A stretch of 64,000 nucleotides of DNA from Vicugna vicugna (Eukaryota): positions 1,614,001 through 1,678,000 of the forward strand of contig MU058009.1 of assembly GCA_013265495.1 (NCBI GenBank), written 5' to 3'. Position 1 is the first letter of the stretch; each line of letters starts with the position of its first letter. Positions 49,835-62,246 of the stretch are shown here, one piece after another. A model generated the notes under the pieces. That model made no database searches and had not been told where the DNA came from. It worked only from the letters and a program-made list of their open reading frames with translations. The translations under genes and the position numbers were made by a program.

Positions 49835-52194
49835 AGGATTCCGGCACAAAGGAGAGACAATAACTGCTGATTTTCCAGCCTGGTGGCTGGTGGAGGTTGG
49901 GACATTAGGGCAGAGGGTAAAGGCAGCTTTCCTGCAGAGGCCGGACAGTGAGAGACGGGCGCGGGGGTAACTCTGAGACATCTGTGTGACATGTGGGTAA
50001 ACCAGTCATAGAAAAGTACCCAGAGGAGAGACGTCCACGTGCCAACTATGAGTGACGAAACCAAACTGCCTTTCTCCCCTAACTATTCCTTAACTGACAG
50101 ATTTTCTTTAAAGAGATATATTATCTTGATAGTCATTATTACCCCAAAAATAAACAAAACATGGCATACACGCACGTGGAGAAGGACTAGTACTCAGCCA
50201 GGAAGAGGGAAAAGATTATGTGTTTTAAAGCCACCAAAATAACATACTCTCTTGTCTTTCCAGCAGATCTTTCTCTTCTGTTAGAGGGCGGGAAAAATGA
50301 TAAATATCCACCTCGCCACCCTGCCATAGACACTGGGAAATAAAGGAATTAAAAAGACTAAATGGTTGCAAAGGGAGAAATTCAGAATTACATTTCAAAC
50401 TTTCTGTCCTTTGCCCCAAATCTTGCTCGCTGAGTTCTGGTACCCGCGTGCCTAGCCTGAGTCCCCTCTGTGCCTCAGTCACTGAAGCAGGAATGAAGAT
50501 TAATCCTGAAGCCAACAGCTTTCTTTCCTACCCCCGACCTGCTCTTTCCCACTTGGCAGCATCCTGAAACATTTCCTTGAAGTTCTCTTAAAAGGGTTGG
50601 ACATTTTTGTCTTATGTGATAGAAGCAGAAAGATAATTTTTAAAACGACTTAAGACTACTTCTGAAATATCCCGAAAGATATTTGAGGGGAGAGCCAGTT
50701 CGCAAACTCCTTTAATAACGGATTTCAGAGTTAAATTTCACCATGGCTAATCTAAATCCCTCATTGCCCCATATTTTTCCTGTTTTTTTCCCCCCTTGGT
50801 CATCAGTGGATCTAAAGAATAGCCGGTAACTCCCCAATGATACTTTAAAAAGAGTTAAGGCTACGCTATTTCATCGTAATTGATTTTATACTTAGTTCCA
50901 GCTCACTGCTTACCTGAAGCTCAACTGCTATGGAAGGCAATGAAACACTTGAAGAGGAGAGGAACCTCAGGCAAGGGAAGATGCGGTGGACGCCCAGCAG
51001 GGCACTTACTGCTCTAGCACCAGCAAGGTCAGATGTGCTCTGATTGTGGAAACCGACCTCAGTGTTACCAGAAAGCTGTTTGCCTTGTGTCTTCTACAAT
51101 TTACGTTTCTCAAATGCTCTTTGATATAAAAATAGGTAGTGAGGAAAACAAGCATCCCTTCAGTGCCATTAAAAACTTGTGAGACCAGGAAGGAATTTTG
51201 AAAGGGCAGATGGAAAAGTGATTAATTGTTACTAAAAAAAATCGACGGAATTTCCCTCCTCCAGAGCCCAGTCCGTAGGGCTGGGAGACGCAGGAGGCCC
51301 TGGGGAGATGCGGATGAATGTCCCTGCCTTTCCCAGTTCGGCTCAGAGACCTTGCAGTCCCTTCCTTCGCCGAGGCTCGCCCTCGCCAGTGACCTGAGCA
51401 GCAGCCCTGCATCGCACTGAGTTTCAAATAAAGAAATGCGTTTCCTAAAGAATTCGAACACAAATAATCTCACTCCCCCAGTGCTTAGGTCTATACAGCA
51501 GATGTCTTCTGCCAGGAAAAAAAAGAAAGAAAGAAAAGCACTCTCCACTCCCTCACATGGAACAGCTGTGAGGAGAGAAATGGTATTTAATTCATTGTGA
51601 AATATTCAACAATGGCTACACTGCACTTTTAAAAGCCTTTTGATAGTAGAACCCACAGAGAGCAGCCCGTCCTGTGTGCTGAAAAGCCGCTTCTCCACAA
51701 TTAGTCCCTCTATTCAGAGGTCTGAGGAGTCTGTGTAAACTTCAGCACGTGCTGTCTACACTGCGGAGCGCTTCAAGGGTATAACCTTTCAGAAACTTCC
51801 TAGGGTTTAGTCTTGCTCAGCGACTCTGGCTGCTCACAGAGCGGGCTGGTGGAGGAGGATTAAGGGGGCAAGGGAGTGCGACTGATGCTTAGGACGGTGA
51901 GGATACGAGAGACCCCGAGTGGACGGCAGCCAGCGAAGGAGACTGTTCTCCACCGCAGCTTCACAAATGGCCCGGCTCCTTCACGCCCCTAAGTCAGCAG
52001 TGTTGGACCGAAAGAAACCAGGGAGAAGGTCCCAAAGGTAGACCTCAGAGGCTCGTTTTCCCTATTTCACCCCTGCAAAGTCTGTAAGGGTCTCTAGTCT
52101 GTGGGAAGACTAGGAAAGCTTGTATTTTATCCTACAGGGTGGACATCAGCCACCAGGGTTGAGGCGACTTAAAAAAAGGGAGACTTAAAAAAAT

Positions 52195-52420
52195 GTTTGG
52201 GCAGCGAAGTCTGTATAAGGGTTAAGAGCATGGACTTTGGAGGAAGATCCCAGGGTAACAACTCCCCACCTCCCAGAATTGTAGGCTCATTGGGGGAAGT
52301 AACTTCACCTCTCTGAGCCTCATTCATCTCATCTGTAAAATGGGATTAAGATCACCCTCCTAGGAACATTGTAAGAGTCAAGAGACCACACGTGTGTGAT
52401 CCTTAACCTAGAGGAAGTAC
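52195..52420 (+). mobile_element. MIR
   Basis: ggttaagagcatggactttgga...aagtaacttcacctctctgagcctcattcatctcatctgtaaaatggg. Confidence 0.8.
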
Positions 52421-54415
52421 TGAATGGATAGCAATCTCTCTACCCCTCAAGTTGTTCTAGAAAGAAGGCGGGGCTTCTCCTGGGCTTTCCCCAATACGAT
52501 TACTCAAAATTGAAGAAGAATGGGATATGAACTGTTTGTACTCTATATTCTAATTTTTTAATTGGTCTGTAGAGAAGCAACGAGAAAGAGAGATCAGCAC
52601 AGATACCTAAGTGAAAATCCGGAGGGATCTGAACCGTGTTGAAAACAAAAAAAGCGGTGCCACTAGACAGCAGCCAAACTCTGCATGGTGGCGGGCTGCT
52701 TTTGTTGTCCAGGAAATCTAAACTAAAATTTTTCAAAGCACAAAGTACTGGTGAAATGACTGAATACTTCGGGTCTGGTTGAAGGAAACACAACCACCTT
52801 TCTGCTGTTTGCAGTCTTTACAGTCCAGGAACAGGCCACAGGCATTTCAGCCCCCTTCATTATAAAATTCAATATTCAGCCTATGAACGGATGCAGGCCC
52901 TCAGCCCTGCGCAGTTAAGAATGTCCATCTGTACCGACCCAAGGAGGAAACGCTGGGATGTCACAGGGCAGCTCCGAGTAGCTGACCCAGGGTGGGGTCA
53001 TCCCGCATGTCCGTTTGAGACTTCTGAAAATGGTCTCCACTTGTCGGAGTTGGTCTGTGGCAGCGGATACAACAGCCAATAGTTCCAAGAAAAGCCAAAG
53101 AACAGAAATGAGGGCTATGAACTCACAGGACGGCCAGTGTCAGAGGCAGTGGCCTGGGGAGTAGAGCACCTCTGTGTGCTGTGGTGGTTTCTGCAGATGC
53201 TGTGGGAAGGGACATTGGCTCTGGATCTCTGCCCCCTTCAGAGGCACTGTTCTTGCCATTCGGTTTTCTCCGCTGCAGGAGATAGTGATGCTGGGAAAAT
53301 CTGTTACTCACTGGAGAGTCCCTGAGAAGCAGATCACAGTGTGATGCTCCCAGGATGCTCTGCAATGGCCCCAAGTGCTCTGCCCCATCCGACCTCCAGC
53401 TCCCAGTAGAGACCAAGGTCCCTGCCCTTCACGGGCCTTTGGAGAGATCATTCCGAGGAGCATGAAATAAAAGGAGACAATGAAAGGGAAACAGGAGTGA
53501 TGTGGCTGGATTTCAGGCAAGGCGTCAATGCCCAGTGCCTCCGAGGCAATGGGATAGAAAGTTTCCAGATTTAAATGATCTCTTGGGACTGACCAGGGTG
53601 GTGAGAAGGGACCGGTAAGAAGGAAGTTTACGGGTGAACTCAACCCAGCTCAACAAAACGCGCTCGGTGTCCTTGCCGCTACAACGCGCCAGGTGCTGCG
53701 GGGGGGCGCAGGCACCCTTCCCTTGGGCAGTAGCTCCTAACCTCCCGGGGGTCTCAGACCGCTCCAAGAACCAGAGGAAAGCCACAGACCCTGAGAAGAA
53801 CCCTTGCGCACCATCTTGGAGGGGCCCCACATTTCTGAAACTCATCCGCCCTAAGCGCCCCTGTTCTGTGAGTCTCTGCAGGCCTCGGACCCGGCGGAAA
53901 GTTGTCAGCGTTGATAAAAAGCATGTACAAAGCAGGTAGGAAATCAAGTGACAATTGCAAAGGCATCTGGAGCCCTGGTTCTGTGGGTACTTAAATCGCG
54001 GGTGTCTGTTTTGCAAAGCCCACTTCTGCCAGTCTGAGGAGGGACGGGAAGGACGGTGCGACAGCTTCAGGAGCGGTTCGCTCTGTTATGGGGGGTTGTC
54101 AATGCCACCTGCGAGGATGCACAGAGGTTCCAAAGGTCTGTTTTCTTAAACCAGTGGAGTGGAATGGGGGAGGGGCGGGCCACGGGCCAGCGCGGGGTAT
54201 GGGAACAGGGTCTGAACCAAAGCCCCCGGGCCTCTCACGCCGGTAGCCTCCGAGAGAGCCAAAGAATGCCCTCTAGTCAGTGGGAAGGTCATTCCTCTCA
54301 GAGTGCGATTAGGTCTCATGTTTGACCCATGACCTCTGGCCCAAGAGATATTTATGATCTCCAGACAGGCAGCAAGGGGCAAGTGAGTGAAGACGGAAGG
54401 TGAAGGTATTTAACA

Positions 54416-54490
54416 GGGAAAGGAAGGAAGGAAGGGAGGAAGGGAGGAAAGATGGATGGAAAGGAGGAAGGCAGGAGGGAGAGAGGAGCC
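54416..54490. repeat. Purine-rich GGAA/GGGA low-complexity tract
   Basis: gggaaaggaaggaaggaagggaggaagggaggaaagatggatggaaaggaggaag. Confidence 0.85.
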
Positions 54491-54899
54491 TGACTGGTTT
54501 AAAGTATGTGTGAAATCAGGAACTGAGAGCCATGCTTTGGCGTTTTCCATTTGTGCACTCAGCATGGTGCTCTGTCCCTCACCACGGTTCTGCGACATAG
54601 GCACTGTTCTATTACACATGAGGAAACGGAGGCTCCGACGGGGTCAGCGACGTGGCCACCGTCCCGGAGCTGGCAGGCGGCAGGGCTACAGCTCTGGCCC
54701 AGATCTCATCACCATCCGTGGTCTCCTCAACTCCCTGGCTCGTTTCTGACCAGTCCCAACGCCCACGTGAGCGCCGCGCAGAGCGGTAGCCCCTTCCCAC
54801 CTCTATCTCCCACCCCATCTAGAACTCCCACGGCCTCTTGCAAAACTGAATCTAAGCCCAGAATCTCTTCTGTTCCAACCGCCTCTTTCTCAAGCCCAG

Positions 54900-55900
54900 C
54901 CCAGGGCAGATGTGCCACCCACGACAGAACCCGACGGCATGGAAGGCAGTCAGGCCAGGCGTCCGCTCCCCTCCGCTCCCCTCCCCTCCCCTCCCAGCCT
55001 GAACCAGGATCTTCCAGCTGGTCCTCCTGGACGCCCGCCCGCCCTCCCTCCGGGCGGGCTGAGCCTCCGCCCGCCTCGCTGGCAGCGCCGGGGTTAACCC
55101 GCCGGCCTGCGGAGCAATGATTTCTGTTTTATTTCAGCAGGGGAAGTGTGCGCCGGCCTGATTAGCCTGATGGTTTCCTCTTTTCCCATAACCTCCAGAC
55201 CCCCACGGCCCAAGTGTTTACTCTCTGAAATAAAAAATCTGCTGGTGTTTTTCTTTTTGTGTGCTCGTGTATTTTGGGAGGCTGGCAGAGGAGGAAGGCG
55301 GGGTGGGGGTTAGGGACGCGGGACAGGCTCGGGCTGGGACCCCTGGCCGCAGCGCAGGAAAGAAACTTATTAATGAGGGAGCTGGGTCTCCTGCTTCGGC
55401 AGCTATAAACACAGCGAACATCTGGAGAGAGTAAGAGTCTCTCCGCGCGCAGACGCTGAGAACAACAGGCTGGCCCCGCGCATCCCCCCCCCGCCGCCCC
55501 GGACTCCAGCCCCGCACCGTCACCCGCCCGGGGGCTCCATCCACCCGGGCGGCACGGCCCCCAGCCCCCGCTCCCCGCGCCAAGTTCCCGAAGACGGGGT
55601 CAGACTGCTTGAATCAAATCAGAGCTGTGCCCCAGGGACCTTTTCCCAACTCGGACCAAATATTTGTGGTTTGAAAAAGTTAAGAGAACTTTTTTCTCCC
55701 CAGGCCCCTGGGACTCCCAGCGCGATGGCGTTACTTCCTAGGATTTCTGAGAGGCAGCAGGCGGAGCACGGCCGACAGAGGGCCTGCACCCCCTCGTCCC
55801 TCGCTACGCGCGGCCTCGTGCCTCCCACGCGGCTGCCTTCCCTCCCGAGGAGCTGCGGGAGCGACTTACGTTTGGGAAGGCCTGCACCGCCCTGCCTGCC
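54900..55900. promoter_or_regulatory. Intragenic CpG island / candidate enhancer or alternative promoter
   Basis: Dense CpG and GC boxes (cgcccgcccgccc, ccgccgcccc), ETS/PU.1-like CAGGGGAAGTG near 55138 and RUNX TGTGGTT near 55665. It is not recognisable as a repeat. Confidence 0.75.
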
Positions 55901-56895
55901 CGGGGCTGCCAGTCACTCGGGACACAGGCGTGGGTCTCTAACCCGCAGCTTCTCTTTCTGGTCCCCACCGGGCTCCCTTCTCCTGTCACTGGCAGAGTGG
56001 GGCACAAGGCAGGGAGAGGCTGGCAGGCGGCAGAAAGTTAGCCTAGGGCGGGATGAGCCTGGGCAAGACTCAAGAGATAAGGGTGGGACACCAGCTTTCT
56101 TTGGGTCCCTGAAATTCACAGCTCAAATCCCACTGAAAGGAAAAAGTAGCATCACCTGCTATCAGGACAGTTGAAGTATGTCACCTCCTTTAAAAGCACA
56201 AGAACTCTGAAATAATTGTAACTGTCCCTTCTGTTAAAGGTGGCAGGACAAGACCCCGGGTGAGTTCTTCCTCTTCCCACCACACCCCCTAAACCCTCCG
56301 CTTGGACCCAGTACTTTCCAGCTTGTACTCAGAAACACATACTGCAAGTTACTGCCATCTGAAAGATGTAGCTCGGGCTGGAAAGCTACCAAGCGGGTGG
56401 GGTGGTGGGGGGAGGAGGCGGTGGAGAACAGGATGGATGGGGCGATGTCACATTGGCCGATAGGAGCAAATTCAGTCCATAGCCAGAGAGATGTCCTTTA
56501 CTTATGGAGAAGAGGGGCAGGCAGGCATTTGCAGAAATCTCATTATCAGAAGAATAGAGTGATAGAGCAAGGGTGTCGGAGAGCTTTTGCACATGGATCT
56601 CTTCGTAATGCACTACCAGACCTGCTGCTGTCTCCCCTAGCCTTTTGTCCTTGCAATCTTTGGTCCTCTCAGGGATGGGATGCAGGCAGAGAGAGGGTTT
56701 CCTGCATAGAGCTTCCATCAGTGCTGTCCCCTGGAAACAGCTTGTCCTGGCAGCCGGGATTCAACTGTAGCTTCCGTGAAAGGCTAAAATCTGAGACAGG
56801 GTGACAGCATCCCCTTCCAAGCACCACATCTACCGAGTCAGATTCTGAGAGGGTCAAAATTTTCCCTGAGAGGAGTAGTCCACATACCATCACAG

Positions 56896-56897
<2 letters not shown>

Positions 56898-56937
<40 letters not shown>

Positions 56938-56952
56938 GCACACACACACACA
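56898..56952. repeat. Compound microsatellite: (AC)17, GTGCGCGC, then a further AC run
   Basis: Read directly from the sequence. Confidence 0.95.
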
Positions 56953-57074
56953 GGATCAGAACTGTTTTCAAGAACAAAGAACCTGGAACAGGTCCTTTAG
57001 AAAAGAAAAACATACCCTGGATGTGGAAAGAACAGATCAGTGCAGGAGATAGAGTTAAAAAGACCATTTGCTTT

Positions 57075-57099
57075 AAAACAAAACAAAACAAAACAAAAC
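57075..57099. repeat. (AAAAC)5 microsatellite
   Basis: aaaacaaaacaaaacaaaacaaaac. Confidence 0.9.
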
Positions 57100-57833
57100 C
57101 CACCACTTTTTAAAAAGGGGCCATCTGAAATGGTCAGCTGAGAGAACAGGGCTGTTAGAATAAACATCTCCGAGCAAGGTGAATCTCCATGTAACAAGTC
57201 TCTCTGGCATTCCCTCCACGTTCTCTGCACTTAAAAGCCAAGTTGGAGGCGTCTGTTTTTCCTGCTGAAATTTCCCACCTGGTTGTAGATCGCAGTTTCC
57301 AAACACTGGCCCAGGTTTGATGTCTCCCAGCCGCCTGGCAGTCTGAGAAAGCCCCAGGAGAGACCGTGAACTCGGACCCTCTGTACGCCTCCCATCTGAA
57401 CTCCCCAAGTTTCTGTGGGCAGGACACTCTTTCATTCAACCACTAGTAAATTTAGTTTAGAAATTTTAAATCCTGTCATGAGATCCAAAGTCACATACTT
57501 CATGGGCAACCTTTAGCTCATAAAGAAGTGTGATATTTCATCTAGGAGTCATTTCTTCTTATCATGTAAAGGTACTTTCTCATACACATCTGAATAAAAG
57601 CTGCCTGAAGACAAGGAACAAGTCTTCCCCTTTCTCTACGCATCTTGCGTCTTCTTAGGTTCCAGTACGTGGCCGGGGCCACCAAAGGTGTTCAACCGAT
57701 CAATGGGTTGCTTTCTGACTCAACGATACCCAGACATCTTTGGACTCTCAGGCACTTCAGGACCATGAGTTACCAACGTTCACATTATCCTTGCTAAGTT
57801 GCAGCACTGCTCTACGCTTTACATACATTAACT

Positions 57834-58012
57834 TAGTGGTTCTCAAAGTGTGGTCTTCAGGCCAGCAACAGCACCACCTGAGAACCTGGTGAGAAATGCA
57901 AATACTGAGCTTAACTCTAGACTCACTGAATCAGAAAACCTGGGGCTAGAATGCCCCCAACCTGCCTTGTAACAAGCCCTCCAGGGGATTCTGAAATACT
58001 TTGAAAACACTG
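57834..58012 (+). mobile_element. MER5A (hAT-Charlie MITE) nested in an antisense MIR
   Basis: agtggttctcaaagtgtggtc...agaaatgcaaat...actgaatcagaaa...aacaagccctccaggggattctga...tttgaaaacactg, with terminal inverted repeats. MIR text continues at ~57770-57833 and ~58013-58115. Confidence 0.85.
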
Positions 58013-61000
58013 GTTTAGCTAAGGAAACTGAAGTCCAGAGATAAAGTCAATTGCCTAAGGGAATACAGTTAGGAAGAGCTGAGGGTGCCAGAGTCTGGAT
58101 TTTCCACCACTAGACTCTCCGCTCTCCCAAAGGGTGAGCAGCGAAGGGGAAGCTGTGAATGTGGGCAGATGAGGGTTTTACTCTGATCCATGACCAAGAA
58201 CATTCCAAATTATATTGCACAAGACAGAAAGAAAAGTATCGTCTTGCTTCTCAAATCAAGGACCACAGTAAGTCGGTGAGCTGGGTTTATTGCGTTCTGC
58301 AGCCACAGACTGCTTTCCAGCTCTAAGCAGCTATTTTGCAAAAGTGAACTTTGGTCAAAACACCACCTCTGTAAGTTCGACTGATTCAAGACAAATCCAC
58401 CCCTGAAATGAAAAATACTGATAGTAAATCACCCTGGAAGGGTGCCAACAATGTGTCATGTTTTCTGATATACACAGTTGTCATTCGTGATCATCATATG
58501 AGACAAGCATCAAACGTGGACAACTCTCAGTTGATGGAACGGACGGCGGTCACGAGGCCTGCGTGCTCAGTTGGGTCTCTGATGTCACTTTTCTAGTTCC
58601 CAGTGGAAAACAGGCATTGCATGACTCCAGTGGGGTCTGGGCACCACTCCAAGCTCACTGCCTCTGTCTAAAAATAGTGTGCCATCTACTCCATCCCCCC
58701 AATGGAGCGGTGGGTGGGAACTGGTCATGATGGTTAATGGCTGTGAAATGTTGGTGAGTTCTTAGAGACAAGGTGCAAGAGATCGACTTTTTTTTTAAGT
58801 GCTTCTTGCTATGATGATTGAGAGAAAGGGCTGAGGTTTGGGGGCAGAATAGAAGAAGGGAACAGAGGGGAGGCAGAGCCAGTGGGCTCCACTCCAGCCA
58901 GACTATAAACAGCAGCAGACATTTTAGCCTTGTCTTGTGTAAGGGCCTCCATTGATTCACAAGTCTCCCCTACAGAGGGATGCTGTGGAGAGACTAAGAC
59001 AGAAAGGGCCCATTCATTCATGTGGAACGCCACTCTCCATCCCCATTGGCTCTCGCTAATGGCTCCAGGCTGATGGGGGGGGGCGAACCAGAGGAGGAGG
59101 TAGAAATGAAAGAAAATGATGACTGCAAGATTGTCACGGAGAGATGTACAGCTGCGCGGGCAATTGCATGCAAATGCGGCTTCCCTTTTTAGCTGGTTAG
59201 TTAATGTCCTCAGATTCATCTCTTTTTCTCTTTCATATCATCTTCCCCTCCCCTTCTTTTCCCTTCCATTCATCTCTAATTCTCTCTTCCCAGTGTTCTC
59301 CATCTCTCTACTAAGACCCATTTTTATTTTCTGTCCATTTCCACACATGTCTTCTTTCTTCCTCAGAACCCCTTTGATCAGCTATCGCATCCAATTGATT
59401 CTCGTTGGTCCTGAGGACTGAGTATTCTGTCCCCCTCGCCTGGTAAGTCTCTGCCCCATTCACATTTTCTCTCCCCTCGATTTTCTCTTCCCCCTCCCTC
59501 CAGCCCCTCCTCCTTCCAGCCTCTGCCTCTTCATGAATAGGAACAACATTCAGATGAAGGGACCAAATCTGTCCTCAATGGCCCCTCCTGCTGGGTGTTT
59601 CAGTCACTGACAGATGTGTGATCCTTGGAAAACAGTGCCTTTATCCCTTCTGAGAGCAAGAACGTGAGATGGAAGCAGGGGTGGGGAGTGGCTGGGAGAC
59701 TGAGGTCAGGGAGGAAACTGAAGTTATAAATAGAGTAAAAGATGAAAAAAAAAATGGAGAGTCTTTTTTTTTCTCTCTTTCTTCTTACTCAACACATCTC
59801 CAAGGAAATGCACAGCAGCTGGAGAAATCATTGATCGGTTCATGTCTTCATCTTCCTTCCCTGTGACCCCAAGATCTCCTGCCAAAGGATACCCATCACC
59901 AAGGAGGGCTGGACCACAGCCCAGAAATAATCATTGCAGCCCCTTCATCTGGACAGCTCAAAAGGCAAAGGAAGGGCTGGGAAAGCTCAGGGTTCTTGGC
60001 AAATATTTCCATCAGAAGAAGCCTGGGATGGAGAGGACTATGTACATCATGTCTGCCACCAAAGTACCACTCCTGAGTGGAAGTTTTCTAGCATTTCTGA
60101 GCCGTAGTTGGTGACAATCCAGGTCATCTGAGGACTGGTTATCATGCGTCCTTAGCTTTCCTTTCTACCCAAAAGCCACCAGCCTGGGTGACCTCAGCCC
60201 CCTTCTTTTTGAGCAAGGGGACTGTGGAAAGAAGACTCTATCACACGACTGTAAGTCTTTGCATTTTAAAATGGTTTTATCCTGCAGTTTTTCAGATTCT
60301 GTCTCATTGGCCCTGAAGTAAAAACTCATTTACCTTTGAGACCCTTGACAAGGAGGACAATGAAAAATCATCTTCACCTGGGAATTTATGGACTTCTTAG
60401 CTAAGAAAGAGCTGGACTATGTCCTTTTGCCATGAGAATGAGACATTCTGATCTTGAGGCTCTGGGTGAGCATGGAGATGATCTCAGCACTGAGACATGT
60501 CAATAAGATGTAATAAGATGTCAGTTGGTAGCAAGCAGGCCCGCCTTCCAGAGCTGAACGTGTCAATGCAAGGTGGCTCTAATCCCGGTTACACTCGGGG
60601 GATCTAAGACTTAAAAGCCCAGTGGCATCAGTAGGATTCAAGAATTATACAGATGGAGGCAAAACCACTGTGATCTTTTACTTTTACAAATAAACTCTTT
60701 TTTTTCCTTTGGTTTAGAATTTTAAAAGATCACCTTTTCAACTCTTACAATCTTAAGTCCTTAAGTCTAACCTGTGAACAGGTACAAAACCCTCCCTGCC
60801 ACCTGGTGAAATGGGCAGATAGCCGAGACATTGGTGAGTGTGCTCGAGGGAACTGAGACACCAAGCAGAAAATGACAGGACGAGTGTCGTCACATCGAAA
60901 CCCAGGGCGGTGCCCCAGGAATACCCCCACGACCAAGGGCTGTGGGTCAAGACAATGCGGGACTTGGGAGTCGGCCCAGGAGCAGAACGGACAGCCGCAA

Positions 61001-62101
61001 AGCAGCCCCACCAAGAGCTGCGGCGCCCGGCTCATGTCTGTCTGCGTGTTTCCGGGGAAAGGTACAGCACGGGCAAGAAAGGAAACGTTTGTTTCATTTC
61101 TGCACTCTTATAAAACTAGTTTACCGTATAGCTTTGTGTGGTAAAGAGATACTGAACCAAAAACCTGCATTTAAGTGAGTTTCCAGTGGCTTTCCCCCGT
61201 GAACTTCCTCCGAAGTACGTGTTTTCAGTATGTTAAGAATAATGAAATGTCCTATGCTGAAAATCCATCCTGGGAGAAAACACAGACTTCAACTGGCTGA
61301 TTGGCACTTGGATATGTTATCATAACCTGGTCTCTTGAAAAATTGAACTTAATATCTGAATCAGTCATTTCAGCGTCTCTAAACTCAGGTTTTCCGTTTT
61401 GTATTAGAAATAAACTGAGACAGGTGAGCAGGTATGCAAAGACTAGTGGAATCTGTGAGAAACACAGTGGCTCCGGTGAAACAGAATGGGGGTGAGGCGG
61501 GACTTTGAGGTTCCGAGGTCTTCGGGAGAGAGGATGCTCCTTTCCGGAGAATGACTGCCGTTCAGCAGAGGGCAGCACTGGACCCGCAAGTCAGGAGGGA
61601 AGGGAATCCTGAGAGGAGAGGAGCTCCTGGGAAGAGGAGTTGAGGAGATGAAGGGGACAAGGAAAAAGAGGCCTGAAGCAGGTGGGCCTGGGCAGAGAGG
61701 AAGAGGATGATGGAAACAGAAGGTGAAGAAAGGAATGTTATGTTCTGAAAGAAGGCCACATGCCTTCTGTCCATCTGGTTCACACCTCATGACTGCACAA
61801 CTTCCAGGCCCTTTGTGCACAGCCGGGCTGAAATGGTTAAAAGGCTCAGGACACGCACAGGGACCAGAACTCTTTACGAAATGAAGACCAAAGCAACCTC
61901 GCTTGGGCCCTTTCCTAGAGCTTGGTCTGCCCGTCACTGGAGAAGAAAGTCACTCAGAATGATTGGGTGGAGAAGGCCCAGGACTTTCCATCCCAGAACA
62001 ATAGCATTTGATACCCACACGAGCCAGAGGAGGCAGCCCTCAGCCAGCTTCCACTGCCCTTCGCTCCCATCCTCCATCACACCCTCTGCGTGTGTTCCTA
62101 C

Positions 62102-62246
62102 CTGAGCCGCAGTGTTCGAGACCGGTGGGCACTTCTTGAGTGGCCGTCTCGTCCCAGAAGGGGTAACACGCCCTCGGCGGGTGGTAAGCGGACTGGAAAC
62201 CACAGGCCATTCGAGGATCTTCATAAGAGTTGATGGGCCCCTGCCT
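62102..62246 (-). CDS. ETS1: ETS1 internal coding exon specific to the long (p68-type) isoform; 145 nt, RQGPINSYEDPRMACGFQSAYHPPRACYPFWDETATQEVPTGLEHCGS
   Basis: The minus strand has a polypyrimidine acceptor TTTCCCTTCCTTTCCTGGTTACAG|AGG, 48 open codons + G, and the donor CAG|GTAGGA. The peptide matches the long-isoform N-terminal extension as I recall it (YEDPRM.CGFQS.YH..R.CYPFWDE.ATQEVPTGLEHC). The phase-1 end is the same as the p51 exon. Confidence 0.95.

Noticed and set aside
60502..60521. Short direct duplications (AATAAGATGT x2; also gacttaaaaaaa x2 near 52166)
   Set aside because: These are ordinary slippage micro-duplications with no further structure.
61934..62224. 96-aa minus-strand ORF overlapping the ETS1 exon
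   Set aside because: It is in the wrong frame relative to the recognisable ETS1 peptide and reads through the splice donor.
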